Shown here in pieces: positions 1 to 12,708 of a DNA stretch of 64,000 nt. A model generated the notes under the pieces. The model ran no database searches and had not been told where the DNA came from. It saw only the letters and a program-made list of their open reading frames with translations. This DNA comes from Octopus vulgaris (Eukaryota): NCBI GenBank assembly GCA_951406725.2, contig OX597836.1, positions 36,518,001-36,582,000 on the forward strand. The letters run 5' to 3'. Each line of letters starts with the position of its first letter. Position 1 is the stretch's first letter. The position numbers were made by a program, and so were the translations under genes.

Positions 1-40
1 TTTCGCCCGGCGTGCTAACGAGTCTGCCAGCTCGCCGCCT
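1..40 (-). mobile_element. 5' end of tRNA-derived SINE (family C), cut by window edge
   Basis: Reverse complement starts GGCGGCGAGCTGGCAGA, matching fuller copies at 13873-14105 and 54346-54580. Confidence 0.85.
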
Positions 41-232
41 GTGGAGACACATGGCCTAGTGGTTAGAGCAGCGGACTCGCAGTCGAGGGATCGCGGGTTC
101 GAATATCTGACCGGGCGATGTGTGTGTTTATGAGCGAAACACCTAAGCTCCACGCGGCACCGGCAGAAGGTAATGGCGAACTTCTGCTGACTCTTTCGCC
201 ACAAACTTTCTCTCACTCTTTCCTCATGCATT
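41..232 (+). mobile_element. tRNA-derived SINE (family B), 3' truncated
   Basis: A box TGGCCTAGTGG, B box GGTTCGAAT; homologous to 41245-41540 and 11612-11994. Confidence 0.9.
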
Positions 233-777
233 ACACGCTTAGAACTTGACATTCTGTTATTCTATCGAATTTCAGAAACTAGCACTGCATCATATTCATA
301 TTCTCATCATTTTGAATACAAGAGAGAAAAAAATTTCTAGTGACTGCACTGAAATTCAAAAATATGTGCTTGCAGAGACTTCAAAATGAAGCAACGTAAA
401 AACAAAATCAAAGGAAAACAAATGAGAGACCAAAAAAAAATACTAAAAACGGAAATGAAAAATTCATAGAAACTGTGTTGAGGCAAATATCATTGTATTT
501 TGTTTGAACAGTAATGAATGGAGGAAAGAAATTCTATACAACTTCAGATTTGACAACAGCGAATATAGAGTGACAAAGACTCTGTAGAAGAAATTATGGT
601 GAAAGTAATCGGATTGATAATAACATTTTACCAAAGCAAAAAATATACAACGACTTAGATTGGACTGCCACAAACACATCGATTCTGCAGTGTAGTTTTC
701 CTTAAAAGCCATGTAACACGTACATTATTTACATTATTTACATTCGACGGATATTTGTCCTCGTCTTGTTTGTTGTT

Positions 778-823
778 AACCCAACGTTTCGGCTGATATA
801 CCCTCCAGCCTTCTTCAGGTGTC
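778..823 (-). ncRNA. Minimal type I hammerhead ribozyme motif
   Basis: Minus strand reads gacac-CTGAAGA-a-ggctg(10 nt)cagcc-GAAA-CGTT-gggtt; one mismatch in stem I. Confidence 0.75.
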
Positions 824-878
824 ATGGGGAAATTTCGAGAAATTTCGAACCTGGGTTCTCATTCGAAATTTCCCCCAT

Positions 879-926
879 GACACCCGAAGAAGGCTTGGAG
901 GGTATAATCAGCCGAAACGTTGTGTT
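879..926 (+). ncRNA. Hammerhead motif with mutated core (CCGAAGA)
   Basis: gacac-CCGAAGA-a-ggct..agcc-GAAA-CGTT-gtgtt. Confidence 0.6.
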
Positions 927-1182
927 AATAAAAAACAAGTTGAGGACAAATATCCGTCGAATGTAAATAATGTAAATAATGTACATAATACCTCAACTCT
1001 TAAATATAGAACTGTATCCATGTAACATATTTTACATTTCTTGCATAAATAATAAATACTGCGCTTAAACACTAATACAAGTATGGGTGATTCTTTTATG
1101 CAGTACATGAATATTTGTCATTTTAAGTAGAAAAGTAATGGTTTTCTCGCTGTAGAAATATTTGAATCACTATTACGATATA

Positions 1183-1394
1183 GAGGATGTGCTGAAAATT
1201 TCCTGGTGTAAAGGGTATGGGGAAAAGCCTGGCTCGAGGCTCAACCTTCTGAGTTATTTTACAAGGCTGAGAAAATCTTAAGGACTGCTGCAATAAGGGC
1301 GTGAATCTGAGAGGGGAATATGTTGAATAAAATTATAATTACCTCAACGTCCTGTTAGTTTCCTTTAACCAAAATCAGGAGGTTTTTCAGCAAC
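1183..1394 (+). mobile_element. Short non-autonomous mariner derivative
   Basis: Degenerate TIRs (gtgctgaaaa..cctgg / caggag..ttttcagca) and a transposase C-terminal remnant VNLRGEYVE*; second copy at 3470-3685. Confidence 0.65.
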
Positions 1395-1640
1395 AGTCGG
1401 GGACTAGTCTACTAAGATGAATCTTTAAGAAACAAATGATTCTCTGATTAACTTCAATGAAACGCCAATGACTTCTTTGAAATGGTTACGATGTTCTAGA
1501 GCAAAGTATAATCAAGAAACTGAAGCCATTCGGAGAGAAATTTCCCTTCAGAACAACGACAGTGGATATTAGATATTGTTGAAATATAAAATGTTTTCTG
1601 TTCAAACAACTATATTGAGCATATTATGTTTGCACTTGTG

Positions 1641-1968
1641 AAGGCGCTTGGCTCAGTGATTAGAGCATCGAGCTTATGATTGTGAGGTTGTGAGTTCGAT
1701 TCCCGGACCGGGCTGCCTGTTGTGTTCTTGAGCAAGACACTTTATTTCATGTTGCTCCAGTTAACTCAGCTGCAGAAATGAGTTGCAACATCACTGGTGC
1801 CAAGCTGTATCGGCCCCTTTGCCTTTTCCTTGGATAAAATCAGTGGTGTGGAAAGGTGAGGCTGGTATGCATGGGCGCATACCATAAACAACCTTGCCCG
1901 GACTTGTACTTCGGAGGGTAACTTTCTGGGTGCAATCCCATGGCCATTCATGACGAAAGGGGGTCTCC
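1641..1968 (+). mobile_element. tRNA-derived SINE (family D)
   Basis: A box TGGCTCAGTGA, B box AGTTCGATTC, central TTGAGCAAGACACTT; a related 3' fragment lies on the minus strand at about 16625-16835. Confidence 0.85.
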
Positions 1969-2935
1969 ACAAAAATGTATGATACGTTACATGTCCCTTA
2001 TTTCTAGTACGTCTACAACATCAATTTACTTTCGATTCTGATATTGGGCCATTTTAAAAAACCCAAATCAAAACATATCTTCTTACGTTATGGCGTAAAC
2101 GAAATAAGGGTTGTTTTTCTTTTTTGTCATTTTGTATTTATACGTCACGGTTTCATTTACCTTTATATTCTTGACAAAAGTGTAGCAACATAAAAACAGA
2201 GAACACAGAGAGAGGATCAAAAATAATCTCTCTAATATATGCAGTAAACCGAGGTATTTTACTTCAGTTTAGGATCATCGTATGCAAAAATAGATAGAAA
2301 GCTTTGGAAATGTTCGCATTTATGACAATCGTGTTCACAGTACACAGAAAGCAGCACTTGCAGATTTGCTGAATAATGATGAGAAATTGGTAATGCATAT
2401 AGGAATCTATTGAAGTTAGAAATTCTCACGAACTTGGAATTGTATCCATTATATACGCTCTTTGTACCCCAAGCGGCATTTTGAGCAGTAATTCATAAAG
2501 AATGTTATAGTAGGGCCTAAAATAACTTAAGAAGTTCGCAGCATTGCGTTGTATAATATTGAACAAATAATTATTATTCATGACTATCCTGTTACGATAT
2601 ATGATTACCTGAATTTATGTCAGCCTTTAATAATGACACCTATGCAGTTCAAATGTAGAAAGCTTCAGATATTGGCTTTAAAATATCAAATGTGCATTAA
2701 CTGCAGAATCTCACCATAGACCCCATCGTAGATAGAAACGATAGAGAACATAGTTTCTTATTAATTGGTGGCTATGGAACTTAGAATGAAACATATGTAC
2801 AGCTCACTTTTTTGGGGAATATTTCATAGTTTGTGTAGAAAAAAATATGTAACTTTATGCATTGCATGTTCATGTTGATAATTTCATCAGGGCTGGTTGA
2901 ACGGTTCACATGATGGTTTTCTCGCTGTAGCAATA

Positions 2936-3152
2936 TTTGTTGTTAACCCAACGTTTCGGCTGATATACCCTCCAGCCTTCTTCAGGTGTCATGGAGAAAT
3001 TTCGAACCTGGGTTCTCATTCGAAATTACCCCAAAACACCCGAAGAAGGCTTGGAGGGTATATCAGCCGAAACGTTGTGTTAATGAAAAACAAGTTGAGG
3101 ACAACTATCCATCGAATGTAAATAACGTAAATAATGTACACAATACCTCAAC
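2936..3152. mobile_element. Second copy of the Penelope-like fold-back with two hammerhead motifs
   Basis: Near-identical to 768-997, including the same diagnostic substitutions. Confidence 0.8.
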
Positions 3153-3469
3153 CATGTCAGTCTTTAATAATGACACCTATGCAGTTCAAATGTAGAAAGC
3201 TTCAGATATTGGCTTTAAAATATCAAATGTGCATTAACTGCAGAATTTCACCATAGACCCCATCGTAGATAGAAATGATAGAGAACATAGGTTCTTTTTA
3301 ATTGATGGTCATGGAACATATGTACAGCTCACAATTTTTAGATTATTTCATCGTTTGTGTAGAAAAAAATATGTAACTTTATGCATTGCATGTTCATGTT
3401 GATAATTTCCTCACGGTTCACATGAGGATTTTCTCGCTGTAGCAATATTTGAATCCCTATTAGGATATA

Positions 3470-3685
3470 AAGGGTGTGCTGAAACATTCATGGTATAAAG
3501 GGTATGGGGAAAAGCCTGGCTCAAGGCTTGACCTTCTGAGTTCTTTTACAGGTCTGAGAAAATCTTAATGACTGCTGTAATAAGGGCGTGAACCTGAGAG
3601 GGGAATATGTTGAATAAGATTATAATTACCTCAACCTCTTGTTAATTTCCTTTAACCAAAATCAGGAGGTTTTTCAGCAACCCTC
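3470..3685 (+). mobile_element. Short non-autonomous mariner derivative (duplicated copy)
   Basis: Paralog of 1183-1394. Confidence 0.65.
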
Positions 3686-4467
3686 CTGGACTAGTCTTCT
3701 AAGATGAATCTTTAAGAAACAAATGATTCTCTAATGAACATCAATGAAATGCCAGTGACCTCTTTGAAATGGTTAAGATATTCTAGACCAAAGTATAATC
3801 AAGAACATCAAGCCATTCGGAGAGAAATTTCCCTTCTAGACAGAGACATTTTTCACGTGACATGTAGAATTGCCAGAGACTCGGATGAAAATACGTTAGA
3901 AAAATTCGTAAATATTCAGCATTGTGGAGTTACGAGAACATCCTAAATCGCTCTACCAGGGTTAGAATACATTGTAAAGCTAGATTTAACCACTGGAGGC
4001 TGAACATAGAAAATGAAATTATAATTAATTACGGCATTTTAGATCGAAACATCATCGAAATATAGCAAGCAAAATCATCAAATGGAGATACCGTAGCGAA
4101 TATATGCGATAACAATAAGCAGAAAGGCTGAAATATTTGGAAAGTGGGGAGGGCTAGCAAATATTTCACGGGAAAATATTTTTCGAAAATATCATTGATC
4201 TATTGTTATCTAGTGCAACAATTTAAAAATGATAATAACAGAATCAATAATGCAGCCGATTGCAGGCTTCAAAACGAGCATTAAATAGCTGAAGGAGTAA
4301 AATTAATTCATAATCCTAAATTTATCTGTTTTCAACATGTTAATTTATGAACATTGAAATATTTTACTTTGTCAACATTGAAAATTGTAAAGATGTTTTT
4401 TCTAATTCATAATTTTAAACTTTTACCATTGATAAACAAGAAATATTGTTGAAACTGTAGTTTGGTA

Positions 4468-4565
4468 TACATTATTTACATTATTAACATTGGACGCATA
4501 TTTGTCCTTATCTTGTTTGTTGTTAACACGTTTCGGTGGATATTAAACACGCTTCTTCTTCAGGA
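4468..4565 (-). mobile_element. Degraded single arm of the same Penelope-like terminus
   Basis: tacattatttacatt...ttgtttgttgttaacacgtttcgg...tcttcagg matches 721-819. Confidence 0.7.
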
Positions 4566-4877
4566 GGCTACCTGAATTTCAAGACGGAAACTGTGGAGAG
4601 GTGTCCAGGTTTTCGGAAATGCTTACTTCGAAAGTTGAAAACCTAGCTATCAAACGAAGGAAAGCAACTCGCCCCGCCACAATTTTTTCAGAGGAATATT
4701 TCTTCTACTATCACCGGTGTTCTGGTGTTTTTGAAAGACATTCTTTGCAGGGAACGTAATCGTTTAGTGAAAGTGAAGATATGTCTAGTTCATGCTAGAT
4801 ATGAAGCCAATTTTTTTTTTCTAAAACTGTTATTTTACACATACAAATCAAATATATATATATATATATATATATTA

Positions 4878-5041
4878 TAGGCGTAGGAGTGGCTGTGTGG
4901 TAAGTAGCTTGTTTACCAACCACATGGTTCCGGGTTCAGTCCCACTGCCTGGCACCTTGGGCAAGTGCCTTCTACTATAGCCTCGGCCGACCAAAGCCTT
5001 GTGAGTGGATTTGGTAGACGGAAACTGAAAGAAGCGCGTCG

Positions 5042-5078
<37 letters not shown>

Positions 5079-5296
5079 ATATGTTTGTGTGTCTGTGTTT
5101 GTCCCACCAACATCGCTTGACAATCGATGCTGGTGTGTTTACGTCACCCTAACTTAGCGGTTCGGCAAAAGAGAACGATAGAATAAGTACTAGGCTTACA
5201 AAGAATAAGTCCGTCCTGGGGTCGATTTGCTCGACTAAAGGCGGTGCTCCAGCATGGCCACAGTCAAATGACTGAAACATGTAAAAGAGTAAAAGA

Positions 5297-5299
<3 letters not shown>
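4878..5299 (+). mobile_element. Full-length SINE family A (tRNA head, CORE-like motif, internal (TA)n(TG)n, AAAAGAGT tail)
   Basis: A box TGGCTGTGTGG, B-like GGTTCAGTCC, ACCTTGGGCAAGT, repeated tail; over 10 copies in window. Confidence 0.92.
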
Positions 5300-5337
<38 letters not shown>

Positions 5338-5500
5338 GCCCTCTATACAATATATATATATATATATATATATATTAAATTAGAGATAAAACCACTATTA
5401 GGCATATCAAACAGTGAAAATCATAAGCCGATACATAGAAATAAAATTAATTAAAAAATATATAAAATATAAAAATCCAATTAGAATATTTAAATTAAAG

Positions 5501-5547
<47 letters not shown>

Positions 5548-6577
5548 TACACATACATATTTACTAATATTGACGTTGTAAGAAATTATAACCTTTCGGG
5601 AGAACTGGAAATAATTCATTATTGGGTCACATGGCCTTGGAGCGTACGTGAATCTATCAGTAAAAGCATGAGCGACCTGATACCTATTGAAATGGAAAAA
5701 CGTGGAAGGCGGCTCCGGCGAAGTGCGCTCAACCTCTCATAGACATGGTGTCATTCAAAATCAGCGTACTCGATTTAGTTCAGCACAGCTCCATTTTTCT
5801 ATGTAGCAGACAATAAATCCGTTTTCGTTGACAGTGTAATTATTTATTATTTATTAAAATTATATCCACCCCTAGAGGAAGGTATCATAATTATCAAATG
5901 TGAAAAAGGAATTAATCCTAAGAACAAACAATTCTCCAAAGTTGACACGCCGTTAAGAAAACCAACAGGCTTTTGGCTTCGAGATAATAGGACAATCTCA
6001 GAATCGATATTTTGCAATAGGTTTTCAGAATCTTCTGCTGGTTTCCCTGTAAGGAGATATATGGTGCAATATAGGAAAAGATTAAGAAAATCTTTCCGCT
6101 GTTAATGATTATAAAATTTGGAGCGGAAGTATCTGCCTTTTGCCTTCAAACGGTTAAAATGTAAACTCAGACGCTTCTGATATTCGAACCTAAATTATGT
6201 TTTACATTTACTATAGAACGTCCTTGTAATTTTTCTCTCACACCACACAGCTCTTTAATCTATGCGTAGCAGCATGTTATTAAGAGACAACGGAAGAATT
6301 TTGGATTGCAATAGCTCCTTATTTTTCTCCGATGTTCATTATGTTGTTCCTCTCGGCTAAACCTCTATTATTCTCTAAATAGTTTGTATTCAGAAAACGT
6401 ACGAGATTTGCAACTGCAAAATATTCAATTCACTTAAGTTTTTCGGTTGTTAAAAATGCCTCCAAGGTTTCTCTTCATATTGTAAGACATAATTTGTTTC
6501 AAATGAAAGCGAACTTAAATCACTGCTGCACTGATCTGTTCCTAAACCGCAGGTTGTCAAGTTCCTTTTGTGAGAGC

Positions 6578-6642
<65 letters not shown>

Positions 6643-6826
6643 GTTCTATATATCTATCTATCTATCTATTTATCTATCTATCTATTATATCTATCTATCT
6701 ATCTATCGTTCTATATATCTATCTATCTATCTATTTATATATCTATCTATCTATCGTTCTATATATCTATTTATCTATCTATCTATCTATCTTACCCTTT
6801 TTTCTCTTTCTCTTCATATATGTATA

Positions 6827-6880
<54 letters not shown>

Positions 6881-6948
6881 TATATATATATATATACATA
6901 TATATATACATATACATATATATATGTAGATATATGTGTGTGTGTGTT

Positions 6949-6984
<36 letters not shown>

Positions 6985-7072
6985 TATATATACATATATA
7001 TGTATATATATATATATAAATATATATATATGTATATATATGTATGTATGTAGATATATATGTGTGTGTGTT

Positions 7073-7097
<25 letters not shown>
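6578..7097. repeat. Compound (TATC)n/(TA)n/(TG)n microsatellite
   Basis: Direct reading. Confidence 0.95.
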
Positions 7098-7121
<24 letters not shown>

Positions 7122-7424
7122 TGCTGGATTTCATTTTCTTAATTGGCACTACTTTAAGATATATTGAATTAATAAGCCTTAATATGATCACTCGGTTTAT
7201 GAGGCAAAGTAAATGAAATATACAATTTCTATCTTCGATGCTTATGCTTGTCACATCGCTTATGCATTACGCGTACACGATGTCGAGAGAGAATACCCAT
7301 GTAGCTTAAAATTGAAGCGGTGAGAAGAAAAATCCTTACAATCGATATCAAGTGTTATTTATCCTGGTGTTAGGGATCAATAGCAAACACAAATGATATT
7401 TGATAATATTCTTCATGTATACGC

Positions 7425-7652
7425 TTTACTCTTTACTCTTTTACTTGTTTCCGTCATTTGATTGTGGCCATGATGGAGCACCGCCTTTAACCGAGCAAAT
7501 CGACCCCAGAACTTATTCTTTGTAAGCCTAGTACTTATTCTACCGAAATCTTTTGCCGAACCGCTAAGTTACGGCGACGTATACACACCAGCATCGGTTG
7601 TCAAGCGATGTTGGAAGGACAAACACAGACACACAAACACACACACACAGAG

Positions 7653-7712
<60 letters not shown>

Positions 7713-7870
7713 GGCGGATTTCTTTCAGTTTCTGTCTACCAAATCCACTCACAAGGTTTTGGTCGGCCCGAGGCTATAACAGAAGACACTTGCCCGTGGT
7801 GCCACACACGTGGACTGAACCCGGAACCATGTGGTTGGTAAACAAGCTACTTACCACAAAGCCACTCGTA
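7425..7870 (-). mobile_element. SINE family A, full length
   Basis: Reverse complement of 4878-5299. Confidence 0.92.
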
Positions 7871-8224
7871 CTAGTAAGATTTTAATGCGTATCTCAATGA
7901 ATTGAATTCATCACTTAGGTCTGAATGAGAATTACATGCCTTTCGTATGTAGCGTAATGTATATCGCCATTTCTAAGATGTAGTAAGCGCATTCTCGGAA
8001 TGTATATCAGGAAAGATACTTCAACTTTCTTTAGTACAACAATATTGCGGGACTAAGGCACGTCTGAATATACAATGTAATGATATTATCTACGTAGGCT
8101 ATTATAATGTTGATTCAAGTATCGGTATTCTTTAACGTGTGGGCCAGCTGTCCGTTCGTTTCTCAGGTTTAGTTGCATCATTCCATATCTTACATTAGCT
8201 ACCATTCCCAACAATAAAGATAGA

Positions 8225-8520
8225 ACTATGATAACCGAAAGAAAGCTGTTATAGATCGCTGGAAAGATTATGCATCACTTCCAACATCCAATACAATAAA
8301 TACTCATAGTTGAATCAATGTAGGCTTCTACTGTATGCCCGGCCTCTTTAAAAATTCCCAAAGGCAATTTTCCAGAACGATAAAATCCGTTGTCCGAGCT
8401 TTGAATGTCATCCATTATACAGATTCCATTAAATATCAGCAAACCACTAATGGATAATTCCCTGTCCTTGATCAGCTATCTGCACTTATTCAATCATTTT
8501 ATCATAAATATTTAATCCTT
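8225..8520 (+). pseudogene. Very old LINE (RTE-like) ORF remnant
   Basis: Translation KAVIDRWKDY...TDSI...LDQLSALIQSFY loosely echoes the RW-EHF / PG-D-I-E region upstream of RT; contains stops. Confidence 0.3.
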
Positions 8521-8709
8521 TTTAATAATGCTCATTATGTGGCCATAATTAATGATGATCATATTCATTCTAACAAATGATAAGATTGGACTTGGTATGC
8601 ATGTCATCGATATTCTAATAAACGAGCTTTATTGGCAATTAAGAAAAATAATTATATTTTAATTAGCAAATATACTAGTACACTGATAGATAAGGTGAGG
8701 GCAGTCTTG

Positions 8710-8985
8710 ACCTTCTTTGTACTAAACTCATACTTCCAGTTACAGCCTACTCGATTCAAACGCATTCGTAAGAGCCTATTTCCCGGTTCCCATGGGTATA
8801 AGTTTGCCACCTTGTAGGGATGCCGGTCCGGAGCAAGATTACTAAGTTTTGCCAGCTGAGTGGACTAGACCAACGTGACAAGAATTGTTTTGCTTAATAA
8901 CAGAAACCATCACTTAGTGCAGGAATCGAAACCTCAATCGCACCATCATGTGCCCATCACCCGAACCACTATGTCACGCGCCTTC
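8710..8985 (-). mobile_element. Degraded tRNA-SINE (family D/E-like)
   Basis: cagctgagtggactag, ggaatcgaa and ccactatgtcacgcgcc are complements of the SINE head and centre. Confidence 0.7.
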
Positions 8986-9128
8986 ACAATTATGGTCTAA
9001 ATTATGACGGCAGCAAGGAGGTTTAGCTACGGCATAGCCATTATTCTCAATGACCATAAACATATGCATGATATAGTGAGGAAATAGTGTTAGGAAAGAC
9101 ATCACGAAGAACAATCGTGGAGCAGTGA

Positions 9129-9332
9129 TACTCTTTTACTTGTTTCAGTCATTTGACTGCGGCCACGCTGGAGCACCGTCTTTAGTCGAGCAAATCGACC
9201 CCAGGACTTATTCTTTTGAAGCCTAGTACTTATTCAATCGGTCTCTTTTCTGAATCGCTAAGTGACGGGGACGTAAACACACCACCATCGGTTGTCAAGT
9301 GATATTGGGTGGACAAACACAGACACACACAA

Positions 9333-9403
<71 letters not shown>

Positions 9404-9442
9404 CATATATATATATATATACATATAAACATATACATATAA

Positions 9443-9475
<33 letters not shown>

Positions 9476-9552
9476 TTAATTAACAATTGAGGATAAAATC
9501 TTTAAAAGAAATTATCAGTAGCGTGTTGGTATCTACGAATATAGTACCCTCA

Positions 9553-9597
<45 letters not shown>

Positions 9598-9745
9598 CAT
9601 GCTTTTTTCAGTTTCCGTCTACCAAATCCACTCACAAGTCTTTGGTCCGTCTGAGGCAATAGTAGAAGACCCTTGCCACGCAGTGGCACTGAACCCGGTA
9701 CCATGTGGTTCGTAAGCAAGCTACTTACCACACAGACACTCCTGA
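9129..9745 (-). mobile_element. SINE family A with about 80 bp of foreign sequence in its internal microsatellite
   Basis: Both halves match family A; unrelated sequence at 9477-9555. Confidence 0.88.
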
Positions 9746-9868
9746 CTATCTCTCCAGATATTCCATAGAAATTATAATCAGCACTGATTTTTGCTACGAC
9801 ATTTCGTATACGAGACAGCCGATGTAAACCAGCACTGAGATGGAAGACGAGAAACGGGTAAATGCTTC

Positions 9869-9912
9869 ATACGCTATATTTCGTGGGGTTTTACTCCTTC
9901 ATCAGCACGCAT
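9869..9912 (-). ncRNA. Degenerate minimal hammerhead motif
   Basis: atgcgtg-CTGATGA-aggag-taaaa-ccccac-GAAA-TATA-gcgtat; imperfect stem II. Confidence 0.45.
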
Positions 9913-10024
9913 CCAACCTTTAAATCATGCTCGAACAAATTGCTTAAGCAGCTTCTGTATGCAGCAAACCCTTGTGGAACAAAATACCATTATAACTTTT
10001 GAGGAACTAACAGAGAACTAACAT

Positions 10025-10455
10025 AGGCGCAGGAGTGGCTGTGTGGTTAGTAGCTTGTTTACCATCCACATGGTTCCGGGTTCAGTCCCACTGCGTGGCA
10101 TCTTGGGCAAGTGTCTTCTGCTATAGCCCCGGGCCGACCAATGCCTTGTGAGTGGATTCGGTAGACGGAAACTGAAAGAAGCCTGTCGTATATATGTATA
10201 TATATATATATGTATGTGTGTGTGTTTGTGTGTCTGTGTTTGTTCCCCTAGCATTGCTTGACAACCGATGCTGGTGTGTTTACGTCCGCGTCACTTAGCG
10301 GTTCGGCAAAAAGAGACCGATAGAATAAGTACTGGACTTACAAAAAAAAAAAAGAATAAGTCCCGGGGTCGATTTGTTCGACTAAAGGCGGTGCTGCAGC
10401 ATGCCCGCAGTCAAATGACTGAAACAGGTAAAAAAGAGAAAAGAGAGAAAGAGAG
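10025..10455 (+). mobile_element. SINE family A inserted in the mariner ORF
   Basis: Full family A sequence; the mariner reading resumes after it (EKLGFGHST). Confidence 0.92.
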
Positions 10456-10724
10456 AAGCTTGGATTTGGTCATTCAACCATTCATCGATACCTGCGTGAC
10501 ATCGGAAAAATCAGCAAATAAGGACAATGGGTTCTTCATCAACTTTCCGAGACTAATCGCGCGCAGAGAATGAATGTGCGCTCTCCTTGGCAGTCACGTC
10601 TCCCGAATGAACCTTCTTGGGACCGAATAGTGACCGGTGACGAGAAATGGCTTCCCTAAAATAATGTCAAGCGCTGAGAACAGTGGGGAGGGAAAGGAGA
10701 ACGAACGGCACCCCAGGCTAAAGG

Positions 10725-10945
10725 CCCTTTCGTTACTGTGTTTATTTTGAGATGCTCTGTGTTTATTTCAATTATTTTAAATATAACAAAGAATTTAGTA
10801 AAATAACTTAGTCATCATTCAATTAGTGTTAGTAACATAAATTGTGACTAAGGTTTGGTGGTATATTTTGATGCAAAACTTATGAAATCAAGACATTTGT
10901 ACTACAGAGCCAGAGCCGGTTTTGGCCGTGTTGGTAACGAAAGGG
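10725..10945. mobile_element. piggyBac-like MITE
   Basis: 12 bp TIR CCCTTTCGTTAC / GTAACGAAAGGG followed by TTAA at 10946-10949; left TTAA absent. Confidence 0.75.
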
Positions 10946-11611
10946 TTAAAGTGTTGTTATATGTTTTGTGAGATATGAAAGGTTTAGTCCACTTTGAAAT
11001 TTCAAACCGCAGCAAAATGATAACAAAAGATCTCCTGCGAGCAGCTTGAGCGGCTGAAATCAGCGCTAGAAGAAAAACGACCATCTTTGGTTTCAAGACG
11101 AAATGTATTCTTCCATCAGGATAATGCTCGATCGGATACAGCGAGGTTGACATTCAAAAGGCTGGAGCAATTTGAATGGGAAGCGATGCTCACCTACCAT
11201 ATTTGTAGGACATTGCTCTATCCGATTGTCATTGATTCCGCAGTCTGCAAAATCATTTGAACACAAAACGTATGAATTCGGTAGACGAGATCAGAACTGT
11301 ACTGGGCGAGTATTTTTCGTCACGGACAAGTGAATTTTGGAAGTGAGACCTTGCAAATCTTCTAGAGAGATGGAAGAGCATAATAGAAAATGAAGGAGAG
11401 TATATTTCAAATTTTAAACAAATAACTTTTCTTTATCGTAATTTTGTAAAATAAGAGATTTTTTTCTAAATGCATTATTTACGGGATGACCCAATATATT
11501 CAGCATATTTATAAGTCAATAACTCGCATAAAATATGCTTTCACGACATCTGTATACCGCAAGTTGAAATTTATCAGTGTATACTCTTACTTTTAATCCT
11601 TACATATATGC

Positions 11612-11994
11612 GTGGAGGCGCAATGGCCCAGTGGTTAGGGCAGCGGACTCGCGGTCGGAAGATCGCGGTTTCGATTCCCAGACCGGGCATTGTGAGTGTT
11701 TATTGAGCGAAAACACCTAAAGCTCCACGAGGCTCCGGCAGGGGATGGTGGTGAACCCTGCTGTACTCTTTCACTACAACTTTCTCTCGCTCTTTCTTCC
11801 TGTTTCTCTTGTACCTGTATTTCAAAGGGGCCAGCCTTGTCACACTCTGTGTCACGCTGAATCTCCTCGAGAACTACGTTAAGGGTACACGTGTCTGCGG
11901 AGTGCTCAGCCACTTGCACGTTAATATCACGAGCAAGCTGTTCCGTTGCTCGTATCAGCTGGGACCCTCATCGTCGCAACCGACGGAATGCTCC
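11612..11994 (+). mobile_element. tRNA-SINE family B, full length
   Basis: A/B boxes; TSD TACATATATGC at 11601-11611 and 11995-12005. Confidence 0.92.
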
Positions 11995-12708
11995 TACATA
12001 TATGCATGAAGAGAAAGATTGTTCGCAGCCTACAATAAACTAAAACGTAATATAAGAACATAAGAGGCGAAATAGACTTTTACTTAGAATATAACATTTA
12101 CTAATAACATCAGGAGTTAAAATAACTTTTGGAAAATCATCTAACTTAGAAATATTATATCAGCTCTCAAAAACAGAGATGCGATCAAGAATTTCGGTTA
12201 AAAAACGAAAAAAAGCAATGATCTGAACATTACAGTGAAGGATGCGGTGCCTACAATATTCTGAACAATATTCTGAAACAATATGAGATGTCATTGCCAA
12301 AAAATGTTTCGTTGAGAAGAGATTATATGAATGCAATCCCTGACAGCTGTGACAATAAATATGAAGGCGAAGTAGCGTAGAATCAAGTCTAGAAGGGAAA
12401 TATCTAGTTATGTTGTGGGGAGAAATATGCATCAGATGCGCTTGACTATTTGTGGCATAGAAGGTCAGGATAATAAAGACAACACTGGAAAATAAGAAGA
12501 TTGAAATAATCTGTGTCTGTGCTGGTGGTTGATAATTTAATCGGCTTGTTTTGATTATGAAGGAACACCATACGGAAGCTTTAATTAAGATAGAAACAGT
12601 ATTTTTAAAAATAAACCATCAAATTTCACCTGCTTTATGGTCATACGCACACCCACACGACAGACAAGAGGGTAGTAACAGTTGGAAATAAAAAGAGCTG
12701 AACACTCG

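Larger units (their letters stand above)
720..1020. mobile_element. Penelope-like terminal fragment arranged as a fold-back (720-984)
   Basis: Arms of about 120 bp are reverse complements and each carries a hammerhead-like core. Confidence 0.8.
9961..11497 (+). mobile_element. Decayed mariner transposon interrupted by a SINE and a piggyBac-like MITE
   Basis: Translates to STIHRYL..GQWVLHQL..RIVTGDEKW..FHQDNAR..FRSLQNHL..ERWKSIIENEGEY; right TIR ..gggatgacccaaTA. Confidence 0.9.

Noticed and set aside
6494-7216. 240 aa ORF and the many YI/IY, CV, HT and LSIY ORFs
   Set aside because: Translations of stop-free microsatellites, not genes
11612-11690. tRNA gene calls at SINE heads
   Set aside because: A and B boxes are present but cloverleafs are incomplete and continue into SINE bodies with TSDs
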